The notes under the pieces are model-generated. The model did no database searches, was not told where the DNA came from, and saw only the letters and a list, made by a program, of their open reading frames with translations. The position numbers were made by a program, and so were the translations under genes. A DNA stretch of 64,000 nt from Nitrospirota bacterium (lineage in GTDB: Bacteria > Nitrospirota > UBA9217): the NCBI GenBank assembly GCA_963751455.1, contig CAVVUN010000003.1:374507-438506 (forward strand), given 5' to 3'. Below, one piece after another: positions 42,802 to 53,358 of this stretch; the stretch's first letter is position 1; each line of letters begins with the position of its first letter.

Positions 42802-43296
42802 ATGCTCGGTTCCGACTTGGTAATGTATGATGAAGAATTTAAGCAAATAGACGCCGAGCTCCAGCGCCTTCTTGCGCAGGCCAACGCCAAGGTCGTGTTC
42901 CTTGTTGATAAGAACGGCCAGCTGATCGCGGCAACCGGAGAGACGGAAAACCTTGACACCACATCGCTCGCTTCGCTTACTGCAGGAAACATCGCGGCTA
43001 CGGGCGGCATGGCAAAACTGCTCGGAGAAAAGGAATTTTCCATACTCTTCCACGAAGGCCAGCGGGATAATATCCACATTTCCATCATTGGGCAACGGAT
43101 CATACTGGTTGTAATCTTCGATCAGCGCTCATCGCTCGGGCTCGTCCGTCTACGGGTCAAGAAAAGCGCCGAAATGCTCGGTACCATATTTGATGAGCTC
43201 CTCAAAAAAGTCGAAACGGAAAAGGGTTCCGGCAAAGCCGGCGATTCGCCCTTTGCTGAGATAACTGACGAAGATATTGATAAACTCTTCGGTTAG
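42802..43296 (+). CDS. mglB: Roadblock/LC7 GTPase-activating protein MglB
   Basis: LVMYDEEF, SLASLTAGNIAATGG, FAEITDEDIDKLF; precedes mglA. Confidence 0.93.
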   Translation: MLGSDLVMYDEEFKQIDAELQRLLAQANAKVVFLVDKNGQLIAATGETENLDTTSLASLTAGNIAATGGMAKLLGEKEFSILFHEGQRDNIHISIIGQRIILVVIFDQRSSLGLVRLRVKKSAEMLGTIFDELLKKVETEKGSGKAGDSPFAEITDEDIDKLFG

Positions 43297-43429
43297 CCAA
43301 CCTCGGATATCCTAGTACATTAAAAGAAGCATTCTGGAGTAAGCCGAAGCACAGTGAATACATTTTTGATAACTTTAAGGATCGAAGGATTGCCCGGAGC
43401 TTGCTCCAGAGGGCTGTAATTACCGTCTA

Positions 43430-44029
43430 ATGTCTTTTATCAATTATTCTTCAAGAGAGATCAACTGCAAAATCGTGTTCTATGGGCCCGGACTGTGCGG
43501 CAAGACGACGAATCTGCAGTATATCTATAAAAAGACTAATCCGGACAGTAAAGGCAAGATGATATCGCTTGCCACTGAGACGGAAAGGACCCTCTTCTTC
43601 GATTTTCTTCCTCTCGCCCTCGGCGAAATTCGCGGCTTTAAGACGCGATTCCATCTTTACACTGTTCCCGGCCAGGTCTTCTACGATGCAAGCAGAAAGC
43701 TTATTCTGAAGGGCGTGGATGGCGTGGTGTTCGTGGCCGACTCCCAGATTGAGCGCATGGAAGCGAACATTGAAAGCATCGAGAACCTGCGCATCAACCT
43801 TTCCGAACAAGGATACGACCTGGACAAGGTTCCCTTCATTATACAGTACAACAAGCGCGATCTCCCGAATGTGGTGCCGCTCGAAGAAATGAAAAACGCC
43901 CTTAATCCACGGAAGGTCCCCGACTTCGAAGCCGTTGCAACGGACGGAACGGGCGTGTTCGATACATTGAAAGCGATAGCGAAGCTCGTTATTATGGAAC
44001 TCAAGAAGGGCCAGGAGGGCGGCGGGTAA
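43430..44029 (+). CDS. mglA: Small Ras-like GTPase MglA
   Basis: [34 protein letters not shown]. Confidence 0.96.
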   Translation: MSFINYSSREINCKIVFYGPGLCGKTTNLQYIYKKTNPDSKGKMISLATETERTLFFDFLPLALGEIRGFKTRFHLYTVPGQVFYDASRKLILKGVDGVVFVADSQIERMEANIESIENLRINLSEQGYDLDKVPFIIQYNKRDLPNVVPLEEMKNALNPRKVPDFEAVATDGTGVFDTLKAIAKLVIMELKKGQEGGG

Positions 44030-44132
44030 TTTGGAGCAAGCCGACCATGTCGGCGTTTAAGTGGTTTCAGTATAAATAACTCGTTGACATATCAGGCAAT
44101 ATATGGTATTTATACCAGCCTAATTTAATCAT

Positions 44133-44208
44133 TCCCGGATAGCTCAGTCGGTAGAGCGGGTGGCTGTTAACCACCATGCCGCAGGTTCGAGTCCTGCTCC
44201 GGGAGCCA
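44133..44208 (+). tRNA. tRNA-Asn(GTT)
   Basis: ct-gtt-aa loop, T-arm, CCA. Confidence 0.95.
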
Positions 44209-44306
44209 GTTCGATGCGCCCTGCCTCTCAAAGAGAGGCAGGGCTTTCTCATGGCAAGCCAGTCGAGTCCACTTGAGCATCGAACTGCGCTGAGCGAAGT
44301 CGAAGG

Positions 44307-44326
44307 GAGTCCTGCTCCGGGAGCCA
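44307..44326 (+). repeat. 20-bp direct repeat of the tRNA-Asn 3' end (att-like)
   Basis: gagtcctgctccgggagcca, identical to 44189-44208. Confidence 0.85.
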
Positions 44327-44335
44327 TATCATTGT

Positions 44336-44367
44336 AAAGCCAGGTTTACAAAAACCTGGCTTTTTTT
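44336..44367. terminator. Bidirectional intrinsic terminator
   Basis: aaagccaggttt-acaa-aaacctggcttttttt between convergent units. Confidence 0.7.
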
Positions 44368-45716
44368 CATTCAGGCAGCAGCCCTAAATTTTTCATCTTG
44401 GTACGGAGTTGTTTTCTGGTGATTCCCAATATCTCTGCGGCCTTGCTCTGGTTCCAGAAAGTGCCGTTCAGCGCTTTGATAATAAGCCGCTTTTCGGTTT
44501 CCAGCAGGTTCATCTCATCAAAACCCTGCACGTCCGGGCCTTCCAGCTGAAATTTGGCAGGCAGATATTTACGCGTAATCGCGATGTTCGGACACAAAAT
44601 ATATGCGCGCTCCACAACGTTTTCCAGCTCCCTGACGTTGCCCGGCCAGTCATAATGGATCAAAGCGTCCATGACATTGTCCTCGAAGCCCTTGATATGC
44701 TTTCCTTCGGTCGTATTCATTTTTTCAAGAAAGTGCTGGGCGAGAAGCGGTATATCGTCTCTGCGCTCTCTGAGCGGCGGCATTTTAACGGTCACCACAT
44801 TCAGACGGTAATAAAGATCTTCCCGGAACCGCTTGTTGGCGACCTCAAGCTCAAGCTCTTTATTTGTCGCTGCCACGATCCTCACATTGAGCTTGATCCG
44901 GTTGTTTCCGCCGACCCGCAAGATCTCCCGCTCTTGCAGGAACCGAAGGAGTTTTTTCTGGAGGATAATGTCCAGATCACCGATCTCGTCAAGAAAAACA
45001 GTCCCTCTGTCGGCGAGCTCGAGAAGCCCCGTTTTTTTCTCGTGTGCGCCCGTGAAAGCGCCCCGCTCATGGCCGAACAGTTCGCTCTCCATGATTTCGT
45101 TCGGGATGGTGGCGCAGTCCACTGTCATGAAAGGGCCTGCGGAGCGTTCAGAACTGTGGTGAATGGCGCGCGCAATCAACTCTTTTCCGGTCCCGCTCTC
45201 TCCTACTACGAGAACGCTAGACTGGGTCTTCGAGACTATCCTTACTGTTTCGAACATCTCCTGCATGACCGCACTCTTGCCGATAATGCTGTTGAAGGAG
45301 TACTTCTCTCTCAGTTCCGATTTAAGTGCGATATTTTCCTGTTTCAGTTTGTATTTTTCTATCGCTTCTTTCGCAACCGTGAGCAATTCATCGGTGTTCA
45401 CCGGTTTCGTCAAATAGTTGAATGCGCCCCGTTTCATCGCTTCCACAGCGTTTTCTATCGTGCCGAAAGCGGTGATTACGACGACCGGTACGCTGACATC
45501 CCGTGATTTGATGTACTCAAGAAGCTCTATCCCGGACTTGCCCGGCAGCTTGAGGTCTGTTATGACGAGGTGCCACTCTTCCTGGTTGAACTTTTCGATC
45601 GCCTCTTCGGACGACTGTGCGGTCTCAACGCCGTAGCCCTCCCCTTTCAAAGCGGTCGAAACGATCCTCAGTATGTTCTTTTCGTCGTCCACGACGAGAA
45701 TATCATGTCCCCGCAT
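44367..45716 (-). CDS. NtrC-family sigma54-dependent response regulator
   Basis: Receiver VVDDE/DLKLP, GESGTGKE, GAFTGA, Fis-type HTH; start 45716 or 45722. Confidence 0.95.
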   Translation of the reverse strand: MRGHDILVVDDEKNILRIVSTALKGEGYGVETAQSSEEAIEKFNQEEWHLVITDLKLPGKSGIELLEYIKSRDVSVPVVVITAFGTIENAVEAMKRGAFNYLTKPVNTDELLTVAKEAIEKYKLKQENIALKSELREKYSFNSIIGKSAVMQEMFETVRIVSKTQSSVLVVGESGTGKELIARAIHHSSERSAGPFMTVDCATIPNEIMESELFGHERGAFTGAHEKKTGLLELADRGTVFLDEIGDLDIILQKKLLRFLQEREILRVGGNNRIKLNVRIVAATNKELELEVANKRFREDLYYRLNVVTVKMPPLRERRDDIPLLAQHFLEKMNTTEGKHIKGFEDNVMDALIHYDWPGNVRELENVVERAYILCPNIAITRKYLPAKFQLEGPDVQGFDEMNLLETEKRLIIKALNGTFWNQSKAAEILGITRKQLRTKMKNLGLLPE

Positions 45717-47325
45717 ATTCATGTACCGGCAGCGCAATGGTGATCTTTGTTCCTTTGCCCAACGTGCTGTCCACGGCAATCTCTCCCTTGTGTTCTTTCA
45801 CGATTCTATCGACGATTGCGAGTCCCAGGCCGGATCCTCTCGTCTTGGTAGTATAGAACGGTTTGAAGATACTCTCAATATGTTCCGGCTGTATTCCCAT
45901 GCCGGTGTCCTGAATCTGCAGCATTGTCATGGTACCCGCTGCCTCGGTTGTTACCGTTATGGTGTCACCTGCTTTCGACGCATCGAGCGCATTAAGCAGC
46001 AGGTTCATTAATGCCTGCTTCAACCGGGAGAAATCGCACTGAAGCGGCGGAATGTGCTCGTCCGTCAGGATGACTATCTCGATGTTCCGGTCCGTCGCCT
46101 CCTGCCGGATAAGCTCGACGGTGGTCTTGACGATCGCGTTGAGGTTGCCCGTCCTGAGCTTGAGGGGGGCGGGCTTCGAAAACCCGAGAAAGTTCGAGGT
46201 GATGTCGTTCAACCGCATGACTTCTTCCTCGATTATCGAGAGAAACTCAGTGAGGATCTCTCCTTGAAAATTCTTCTTGAGATAGGACGTTGCCAGACGG
46301 ATGGAATTCAGCGGATTTTTTGTCTCGTGCGCCACAGTCGTCGCCATTTCTCCCAGGGCGGACAGCCTTTCCAGCCGCGCTTTCTCCGTATTCGCCCTCT
46401 CGAGCGCAGTCAGGTTGTATTTCAAATCCTTTACCATTTGGTTGAACACTTCCACCAATTCCTGTATTTCATCGCCGCACGACTCACGGTACACGACGCA
46501 TTTCCTGCAATCCCCGATCTTCTGGGCAAAGGCCCCCTGTACCTTCCCATGGCAGAACGTGCCCGCAACTGCCCAGCACCGTGTTTTCCCATATGACGGA
46601 CAGTCCGTCTTACTGCAGTCGAGCCGTTTCCAGCAACGGACAAGCCCCGGATTTTCAACCTCCACCGCCAGGTTGCCGGTTTGCACGTCGACCATAGTTT
46701 CCTTCAAGCGCTTCAACGGTTTCGTGAGCAGCCGGGAGACCGCAAAGGCGCCCGCGATCCCGAAGAGCAGGATGATCCCCGTGATCATGGAGATATAGCG
46801 TCTGAGGCTCTTCAGTCGTTCCTCGATTCCGGCGTCAATGGCCCCGATCGAGTACGCTACAATGGCTACACCCAGGGTCTCGCTACCTATCTTGATCGGC
46901 ACGGAAAATTCTTTCAACTGCTCTCCTGCAGCGGAATATTCCCTTACTGCTTCACCGCCTCCGGAAAGTGCAGAGAGCGGCTCCGGAAATGTATGTTCCA
47001 AGAGACGCGTACCGAGGAGCGCCCTTCGGGTATGCGCAACAACGACCCCGTCCCGGTCAACGATCATTACGTACGCGCAGGCAGTGGCCTGCTGTACCAT
47101 GGTAACGAGTTCGTTGAGCCTCAGCGGATCAAACATCAGCAGTGCTCCCTCTGCGTCATGAGCGAGGTTCCGCGTCATGGCAAGGCTGTTCTCGAAGGTG
47201 TTCTGCCTGAGTGACTCTTTCTGATAATTTAAAATCAGGGTCGTGACCGCCATCATAGTCAGCACGATGAGAAAGGTCACGGCTATTGAAAATTTCAGCC
47301 CGAGGCTCACCCTACTTCGCTTCAT
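45703..47325 (-). CDS. Sensor histidine kinase with a Cys-rich insert in the HAMP domain
   Basis: Two TMs, HAMP, AHETKNPL H-box, NALDA/DTGMG/GSGLGL. Confidence 0.92.
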   Translation of the reverse strand: MKRSRVSLGLKFSIAVTFLIVLTMMAVTTLILNYQKESLRQNTFENSLAMTRNLAHDAEGALLMFDPLRLNELVTMVQQATACAYVMIVDRDGVVVAHTRRALLGTRLLEHTFPEPLSALSGGGEAVREYSAAGEQLKEFSVPIKIGSETLGVAIVAYSIGAIDAGIEERLKSLRRYISMITGIILLFGIAGAFAVSRLLTKPLKRLKETMVDVQTGNLAVEVENPGLVRCWKRLDCSKTDCPSYGKTRCWAVAGTFCHGKVQGAFAQKIGDCRKCVVYRESCGDEIQELVEVFNQMVKDLKYNLTALERANTEKARLERLSALGEMATTVAHETKNPLNSIRLATSYLKKNFQGEILTEFLSIIEEEVMRLNDITSNFLGFSKPAPLKLRTGNLNAIVKTTVELIRQEATDRNIEIVILTDEHIPPLQCDFSRLKQALMNLLLNALDASKAGDTITVTTEAAGTMTMLQIQDTGMGIQPEHIESIFKPFYTTKTRGSGLGLAIVDRIVKEHKGEIAVDSTLGKGTKITIALPVHEYAGT

Positions 47326-48970
47326 TTTGTTCTATCCATTCCCGCAGACTGTCGAAATCCTTGTCATCCGCGGCTTTGAACTCCACAACCTGGGCCGCGG
47401 ACAGGATACGTTTGTCGTTGAGCTCCAGGACGCTTTTTCGAACCTGCTTGATCATTTTTCCGTCGGCGTTTTTCGTTGCGGCAAAAGGCCAGTTTGCGAT
47501 GTAGGGAGTCTTTGCCAGAATGCGGATCTGGTCGAGATCGATCTCTTCTTTCAAAACACTTGGAGCCGATTCCCGGACAAAACCCGCGTCCGCGGTTTTT
47601 CGATACACGTTCAAGATGACTTCTTCCTGCCTCTTTCCGTCCCGAAGTTTCAGGTCCTTGAAGACATTGATGCCGTTTTCCTGAAGAAACAGCTTCTGCG
47701 CCAGGAACCCCCCCGCGGATTTGTACGACACAATCATGACGTCCTTGCCTTTCAGGTCGTCAAGGGTCCTGATGGGGCTGTTCTTGTGAGTAATGATAAT
47801 GCCCCGGAAAATGTCGCCAGAGGATTTTAGCACCGTCGTGGCAAAGGCGCGCAGATGCCCGCCGTCGGCAAGCTGCGTGTAGATATAAGGGTTGGAGTAG
47901 GAAAATTCCACATCGCCCCGCTTGACCATATCGAAAAAATCCTCAAAGTCCTTCGGAACCACGAGCTTGAATTCATACCCCGTTTTGCGGCTCAGATAGC
48001 GCATGAGCGGGTCGAAACGTTCGAAGAGCGTGATAGCGGAATAAAGCGGAAGATGGGCGACTTTCATGGTGTTCTTTCCGTATACCAGATAATTCTTCCC
48101 GGTAAGGTTCTTGACCATGACCCGCACCACGTCAAAGTCCCGGTCCTCGGCTGGAGCGAACCCGTCCACGTCCTTCATGGCTGCGATAAGTTCCGAGTGC
48201 CGCGTTTTATTAATGGACAGGAGCGCCCGCCGGATGGCGGCGATCTGGGCTTCCGGCAAGCGGGCAGAAGCGCAGATGGCGTACTGGGGAATAGCTTCGG
48301 ACGTTTTAATGATCCTGAGACCGTCATCGAGGTACTTTTTCGCCACTCGCTCACTCAGGCCGCCTACATCGTGCCTCCTTGCCAGGACTGAAAGCGCAAC
48401 CCGGTCTTCCTGTTCCAGATAGTCCACGGACGCGAATTGATCGAAGCTGATACCCACCTCTTTCAGCATCACAGCCGGGATAAGATAAGACGAGGACGAA
48501 TGGACATTCCCAAGGGCGAGCCGCGTTCCCCTGGCATCGATAATTTTATTGATGGGAACGTCGTTTCGCGCAACGATGACGCTCTTATAGGTAGATGAAC
48601 CGCCCAGAATGGTTTTTGCGAGAGGAATCACTCCATATTGGTGTTTGACCTCGCAATAGGTCGACGGATCGAGATATGCAAGGTGTGCACGGCCCCTGCC
48701 GATGCTTTCGATGGCTTCCTGGTGGGTCGAAGCGATCTTCAGGATTACTTTCCGCGATAGGGACCTTTGAAGATGGTCCCTGAGGGGCAGGAATTTCTCA
48801 TACATAAGACTGACGTCTTCCACGGGCGGAATAATAAAGATCAGGGAAGAACCGGCAGATGCGGCAGTCCGCTCACTCTGCGTTCGTTCCGTATATCCAG
48901 CCGTAATACCGACGAGTATCATGAATGCCGTTATTACAAAGATCAGCAGAAAGAAAAGCCTTTTTTTCAT
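47312..48970 (-). CDS. Tandem PhnD-like (phosphate/phosphonate-binding fold) periplasmic protein
   Basis: N-terminal anchor; two repeats with YKSVIV..SSSSYL and FRGIII..SAGGFL; no ABC permease or ATPase nearby. Confidence 0.8.
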   Translation of the reverse strand: MKKRLFFLLIFVITAFMILVGITAGYTERTQSERTAASAGSSLIFIIPPVEDVSLMYEKFLPLRDHLQRSLSRKVILKIASTHQEAIESIGRGRAHLAYLDPSTYCEVKHQYGVIPLAKTILGGSSTYKSVIVARNDVPINKIIDARGTRLALGNVHSSSSYLIPAVMLKEVGISFDQFASVDYLEQEDRVALSVLARRHDVGGLSERVAKKYLDDGLRIIKTSEAIPQYAICASARLPEAQIAAIRRALLSINKTRHSELIAAMKDVDGFAPAEDRDFDVVRVMVKNLTGKNYLVYGKNTMKVAHLPLYSAITLFERFDPLMRYLSRKTGYEFKLVVPKDFEDFFDMVKRGDVEFSYSNPYIYTQLADGGHLRAFATTVLKSSGDIFRGIIITHKNSPIRTLDDLKGKDVMIVSYKSAGGFLAQKLFLQENGINVFKDLKLRDGKRQEEVILNVYRKTADAGFVRESAPSVLKEEIDLDQIRILAKTPYIANWPFAATKNADGKMIKQVRKSVLELNDKRILSAAQVVEFKAADDKDFDSLREWIEQNEAK

Positions 48971-49251
48971 AATGCTTTATTATACGCATGAAGAACAATA
49001 ATTTGCAATAAACAAAAAGCAATTGGCTATTTCCTTCACTTCCGGGTGTTTTTTGGACTAAGGCAACCCGTGTTGCCGTTCAACACCACGCTATCACGGA
49101 CGGCGCGGTTCAAATAACCATAAATGAAATATGTGCCCCTGATAACTGAAAGGTTATCAGCCGGGCTGGGTAGTGACTGAATGTTGTCCATTTTAAGACA
49201 GCCGGAAGCAGGGAAATAAAGGGAACGACCGATTTATCCTAGGATTTCTGA

Positions 49252-49268
49252 CTGGCATTATCCTTGCT
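49252..49268 (+). promoter_or_regulatory. Sigma54 (-24/-12) promoter
   Basis: cTGGCAttatccTTGCT, GG-N10-GC. Confidence 0.8.
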
Positions 49269-49323
49269 TTGAAATAAGTATCGCATTGCAGGGCTAATCA
49301 GCTTTTACAAAAGGATATTAACG

Positions 49324-49587
49324 ATGCATCGAACAGATAAGACGCTTGATATAAAAGGGCTGGTCAGCCCGCGGACGGAATTGATAACGGAGAAGATGCT
49401 GACTGCATTGGAACCGGGTCAGGTTTTGACGGTCGTCACAACCGATAGAACCATAAGACAAAAATTGCCCTTACTATGCCGAATACTGGCGTGCACGCTT
49501 CTTGAAATGACAGAAGAAGGCGGAGCCCTTTATGTTTATATTCAGAAAATAAAGGTCTGTGAGACAGCTGCCGCTGACACCCGGTAA
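49324..49587 (+). CDS. TusA-like protein lacking the CPxP cysteine
   Basis: LDIKGLVSPRT...LEPGQVLTVVTTD. Confidence 0.65.
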   Translation: MHRTDKTLDIKGLVSPRTELITEKMLTALEPGQVLTVVTTDRTIRQKLPLLCRILACTLLEMTEEGGALYVYIQKIKVCETAAADTR

Positions 49588-49652
49588 TGGCAGGCTGATG
49601 CGTCGACGAAGGATAATCGATCTTCAGCTTTCGAGTTCCGACAAGAATAAAA

Positions 49653-51335
49653 GTGGCGCGCCTGAAAAAGGAGGGAGTTTTGGATAACAGGAAACTTGAG
49701 CATTTGATCCTGATATTCCTCTGTTTCCTCGTTATCGTACCGGTTCTGTACATCTTCCGCTTCGCCGATACCAATACTTTTACGAGCTGGAAATGGGTCT
49801 TCACGGATAAAGTCTTTCTGAGGACCGTTCTGCTGCTTTTCCCCGCCCTGGCCGGCGCCTATGCTCTATCCCGCAAGCCCCTTCAGGGCCCGCAGGGATA
49901 CATGGTTCTTTTTTTCCTGTCGTTCGCAGCTACCCTTCCGTTGTGGGGACAGCCGGAAACCATCCTTGACGCATCGCGTTATTTTCTCCAGGCAAAAGCG
50001 CTCAAAGAATACGGGGCGATATATTTTTTCAGGGAATGGGGAAGGGCAATCACGGCATGGACGGACTTGCCGCTCGTCCCGTTTATCTTTGGTCTCGTTT
50101 TCTCCTGGATCGGCGAGGCCCGTGTTTACATTCAAGCCCTTACGTCGATGCTCTTTTCTTTGACGGTAGTGCTTACCTGCCTCATCGGGAAAAAAATCTG
50201 GGATGAAGAGACAGGGCTTCATGCAGGCATGCTTCTTCTGGGAATTCCGTATCTTCTCGTGCAGGTGCCGCTCATGCTTGTCGATGTGCCGACGATGTTT
50301 TTCATGGCGCTCTCGGTATATCTCTTTCTCTGCAGTCTGCAGGAGGGCGGAACCTGCCGGGCAATTGCATCAGGCCTTGCGATAACGATGGCTTTATTCT
50401 GTAAATTTTCGACATTGCCCATGCTTTTGATTGTTCCCGTCATGCCCTTCATTTTTTTCAGAGAAAATCTGAAGACCGCTATCAAGAGGACACTCGCGGT
50501 GCTGCTGGTTGCCGGTCTCTTTTCCGGCACACTCATCGCCTCGAACAGGGACATCCTGCTCGAGCAGATCATGCTGCTCAAAACCTATCAATTGCCGGGC
50601 CTGAGCCGCTGGGGCGAAGGATTCGTATCCACCTTCTTGTACCAGATTCATCCGTTCATAACGTGCTTTGCACTTTATGGAACATATCGAGCAATCAGGC
50701 AAAAAGACGCCCGGTTCCTGATAGCCGGATGGTTCATGATTGCGGTGGTGTTTCTCAGAGTAACGAGGATACGGTACATGATACCGCTGTTCCCGCTTTT
50801 TGTGCTCATGGCTTCATACGGCCTCAATCGCATCCGGGACAGCGGGAGCAGAAGGTTTATCGCTTTATGCATCGCGGCCTCGTCTCTTGTCATAGCCTGC
50901 GGCGCCTATCTTCCGTACCTCAATTCGACTTCCCTGACGAATCTTAAAAAGGCGGGAGAGTACCTTGATGCGGTCAACAGCCCCTCGGCCGAGGTATATG
51001 TGCTGCCGCAGAGGAGTTCGTCCGGGAGCACCATTCCTGCTATAGCCTTGCTCGATTATTATTCCGACAAGAAAATCGTTTCTCCTCAGGATTGGCAGCT
51101 CCTTCCCGGATACGAAAATGCCAGGCAATCTTCGCTCAGATTTACGTGGGAGATGAAAAAACCCGCATTCTATTCAGCCTCGGCAGCGGAGAGCGCGCGG
51201 GCAATCGTTGTAATAGCGGATCAACGGCTTGATAAAGCAGGTGCCCCGTCAGGCTTCAGGGTACTAAAGATATTCGACGCGGCCGTGGAAGATTTTAAAT
51301 ATCAGACAATTGTAACCGTCTATGGAAAGGACTGA
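49653..51335 (+). CDS. GT-C fold (ArnT/PMT-like, family 39/83) membrane glycosyltransferase
   Basis: Multiple TMs; DASRY, DLPL, LVDVP, CKFS pattern; start uncertain. Confidence 0.65.
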   Translation: MARLKKEGVLDNRKLEHLILIFLCFLVIVPVLYIFRFADTNTFTSWKWVFTDKVFLRTVLLLFPALAGAYALSRKPLQGPQGYMVLFFLSFAATLPLWGQPETILDASRYFLQAKALKEYGAIYFFREWGRAITAWTDLPLVPFIFGLVFSWIGEARVYIQALTSMLFSLTVVLTCLIGKKIWDEETGLHAGMLLLGIPYLLVQVPLMLVDVPTMFFMALSVYLFLCSLQEGGTCRAIASGLAITMALFCKFSTLPMLLIVPVMPFIFFRENLKTAIKRTLAVLLVAGLFSGTLIASNRDILLEQIMLLKTYQLPGLSRWGEGFVSTFLYQIHPFITCFALYGTYRAIRQKDARFLIAGWFMIAVVFLRVTRIRYMIPLFPLFVLMASYGLNRIRDSGSRRFIALCIAASSLVIACGAYLPYLNSTSLTNLKKAGEYLDAVNSPSAEVYVLPQRSSSGSTIPAIALLDYYSDKKIVSPQDWQLLPGYENARQSSLRFTWEMKKPAFYSASAAESARAIVVIADQRLDKAGAPSGFRVLKIFDAAVEDFKYQTIVTVYGKD

Positions 51336-51336
51336 T

Positions 51337-51383
51337 TGTCCCAAACGGGACAAGGCGTTCTTATTGGTGTCCTGTTTAGGACA
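51337..51383. promoter_or_regulatory. Two palindromic enhancer-like sites TGTCC-N6-GGACA
   Basis: tgtcccaaacgggaca (51337) and tgtcctgtttaggaca (51368), 31 bp apart; related tgtccattttaagaca at 49185. Confidence 0.7.
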
Positions 51384-51476
51384 ACATATCGGCCGCACTA
51401 CCGCAGAGTCAATATCATTTCCGGCGAACACTCTTAATTTTAAAGCATTTCCTTATAAAAATTTTTATTTTCAATC

Positions 51477-51493
51477 TTGGTATCTCAAATGCA
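51477..51493 (+). promoter_or_regulatory. Sigma54 (-24/-12) promoter of the yeeE operon
   Basis: tTGGTAtctcaaATGCA, GG-N10-GC. Confidence 0.65.
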
Positions 51494-51550
51494 ATGTTTT
51501 GTCAGGAGCACACGGCATCGGAATAAAAAACTGACCATAGGAGGTATGAG

Positions 51551-52985
51551 TTGGCAAGCACTGCAGACAAGAAAAAATTATGGGCGTTGATCATAACCGG
51601 CTTTTTCGCATTGGTCAGCGTCACGACGTATGCCTATAACGAATACTACATCTACCTGTCGGCCTATCTCTGGTTCGGCTTCATTTACGGCATGTGCCTG
51701 CAGTACGGCAGGTTCTGTTTTGCTTCGGCGTTCAGGGACCTGTTCGCCGTCGGCGTCCCCGCATGGTCGTCGGCATCATGATCGCGACGATCTTTTTCGC
51801 CTTTGTTTCCTCCTTCGTGACCGCAACCGGCTTCAGCACCTTCCATCCCTCCCCCTCGGGCAGTTCATTCCGATCGTTGCCGGCCTGATATTCGGGATCG
51901 GCATGGTGCTGGCCGGCGGCTGCGCCTCGGGCTCGTCTGTACAAAACGGGCGAAGGGAACGGGGTGGCGCTGCTCGTCATCCTGTCGATCAGCGTGACCC
52001 AGGCGTCGTTCGCCGACGTCGGCGGGACTGGTTCAACAAGCTGGTCCCCGCATCCTGGCATGCCTCGGCGATGGCAAAGAAGCTGCCCGAGGTCATCAAT
52101 GTCGGCGACGGGTGGCTGGACCAGTACCTTGCCGGATATGTCTGGAACCATCCGACCCTGACGTTTGCCAAGGTTCTGGGATGAAGAATGAATCGTTCCT
52201 GGGCGCCTTTGGCGGCAATTTCTTCGTGGGCGTCGTTCTTCCGGCGTTGCTGCTGCTGACCGTCGTCTACTTCATCTGGGCCAAGGAACCGTACACGCGA
52301 GACGCTTGATGCAAGAGCAGGGCGCGCTGACGCTTCAGGGACCATTTCACCGGCTTCTGGGGCATGGTCCTGTCCTCGAAAAGGACGTCCATCGCGGGGC
52401 TGATCCTGGGCGTCGCCTGCGGGCTCCAGATGTTCGTGATCGAAGGTCTGCGCATCAAGTTCGGGGTCAGGAACGCCGGGGAGATACTTTCGCGGATGGG
52501 CTCCGATTTCGGCCTTTCGGTCAGGGCACGGTGTTCGATCCCGGCTACTGGTACGTGACGACCCAGGAGGCCCAGTGGGTCGGCTGGGTCATGCACAAGC
52601 TCGGCTGGAACAACATGGACAACATCTTTTTCGGCTATATCAACGGCATCCCAATCCCGCCCTCAACCCGGCCGACTGGATGTCGCTTCGCGCTGATCGG
52701 CGGCGCGGCGGTCATGGCGCTTCTGAGCAATGAGTTCAAGTTCAAGAAGCCCACGCTAGGACCAGGCCGACGTGGGCGATCCTCGGCGGGTTCTTCATGG
52801 GGATCGGTTCCCGGCTCGGGCTCGGGTGCAATGTCGGCGCGTTTTTTGTGCGTGCCGCGAACGGCGATGTGGGCGGATGGCTGTTCGGCATCGGCATGAT
52901 CGGCGGCGCGTTCATCGGCGTCAAGTTCTTCAACTGGTGGACGGAGAGAAAGATGAACCGGGAGCTTGCAGCGCTCGATCTCTAG
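51551..52985 (+). pseudogene. YeeE/YedE thiosulfate/sulfur transporter, multiply frameshifted
   Basis: Motifs GRFCFASAFRD, GMVLAGGCASG, RLGLGCNVG occur in order across about 8 or more frame changes. Confidence 0.85.
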
Positions 52986-53102
52986 AAGGCAGACCCCCTC
53001 CGGGAAGCACGGAGCACTGCGTAGTGTTCCGGTCGCATGGTCTGCTCCGTGTCTCCCGGTCTTTCCTGCAGATCCGAACGAGAAATAAAAGGAGGAATCG
53101 TC

Positions 53103-53358
53103 ATGGCCATAAAATTCGATAAAAAAAGTGAGGGGTCTACTCCCTCGACTGCAGCGGATATGTCTGCCCTCATCCGCAGATCTATACGAAGAAGATGCTC
53201 GAACGGATCAAGCCGGGCGATATTCTGCAAGTTACGTTCGACAATCCTTCATCCTCGGAATCCATTAATGGCCATGTGCGCGGCAAGCGGCAATGAGATC
53301 ATCGAGCAGGATCTCCAGGGCGGCAAATACACTGTACAAGATAAAAAAATCGGCGTAA
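53103..53358 (+). pseudogene. TusA/YeeD-like sulfur carrier, frameshifted
   Basis: MAIKFDKK then, in another frame, LDCSGYVCPHPQIYTKK...FDNPSS. Confidence 0.8.

Noticed and set aside
34660-44326. Prophage or integrative element at the tRNA duplications
   Set aside because: The repeats enclose under 200 bp and no integrase or phage gene is present
47312-48970. Phosphonate ABC transporter or phosphonate pathway (with ComDE read as phosphonopyruvate decarboxylase)
   Set aside because: No phnC/phnE or PEP mutase in the window; the binding protein is coupled to a kinase and the decarboxylase to cysteate synthase
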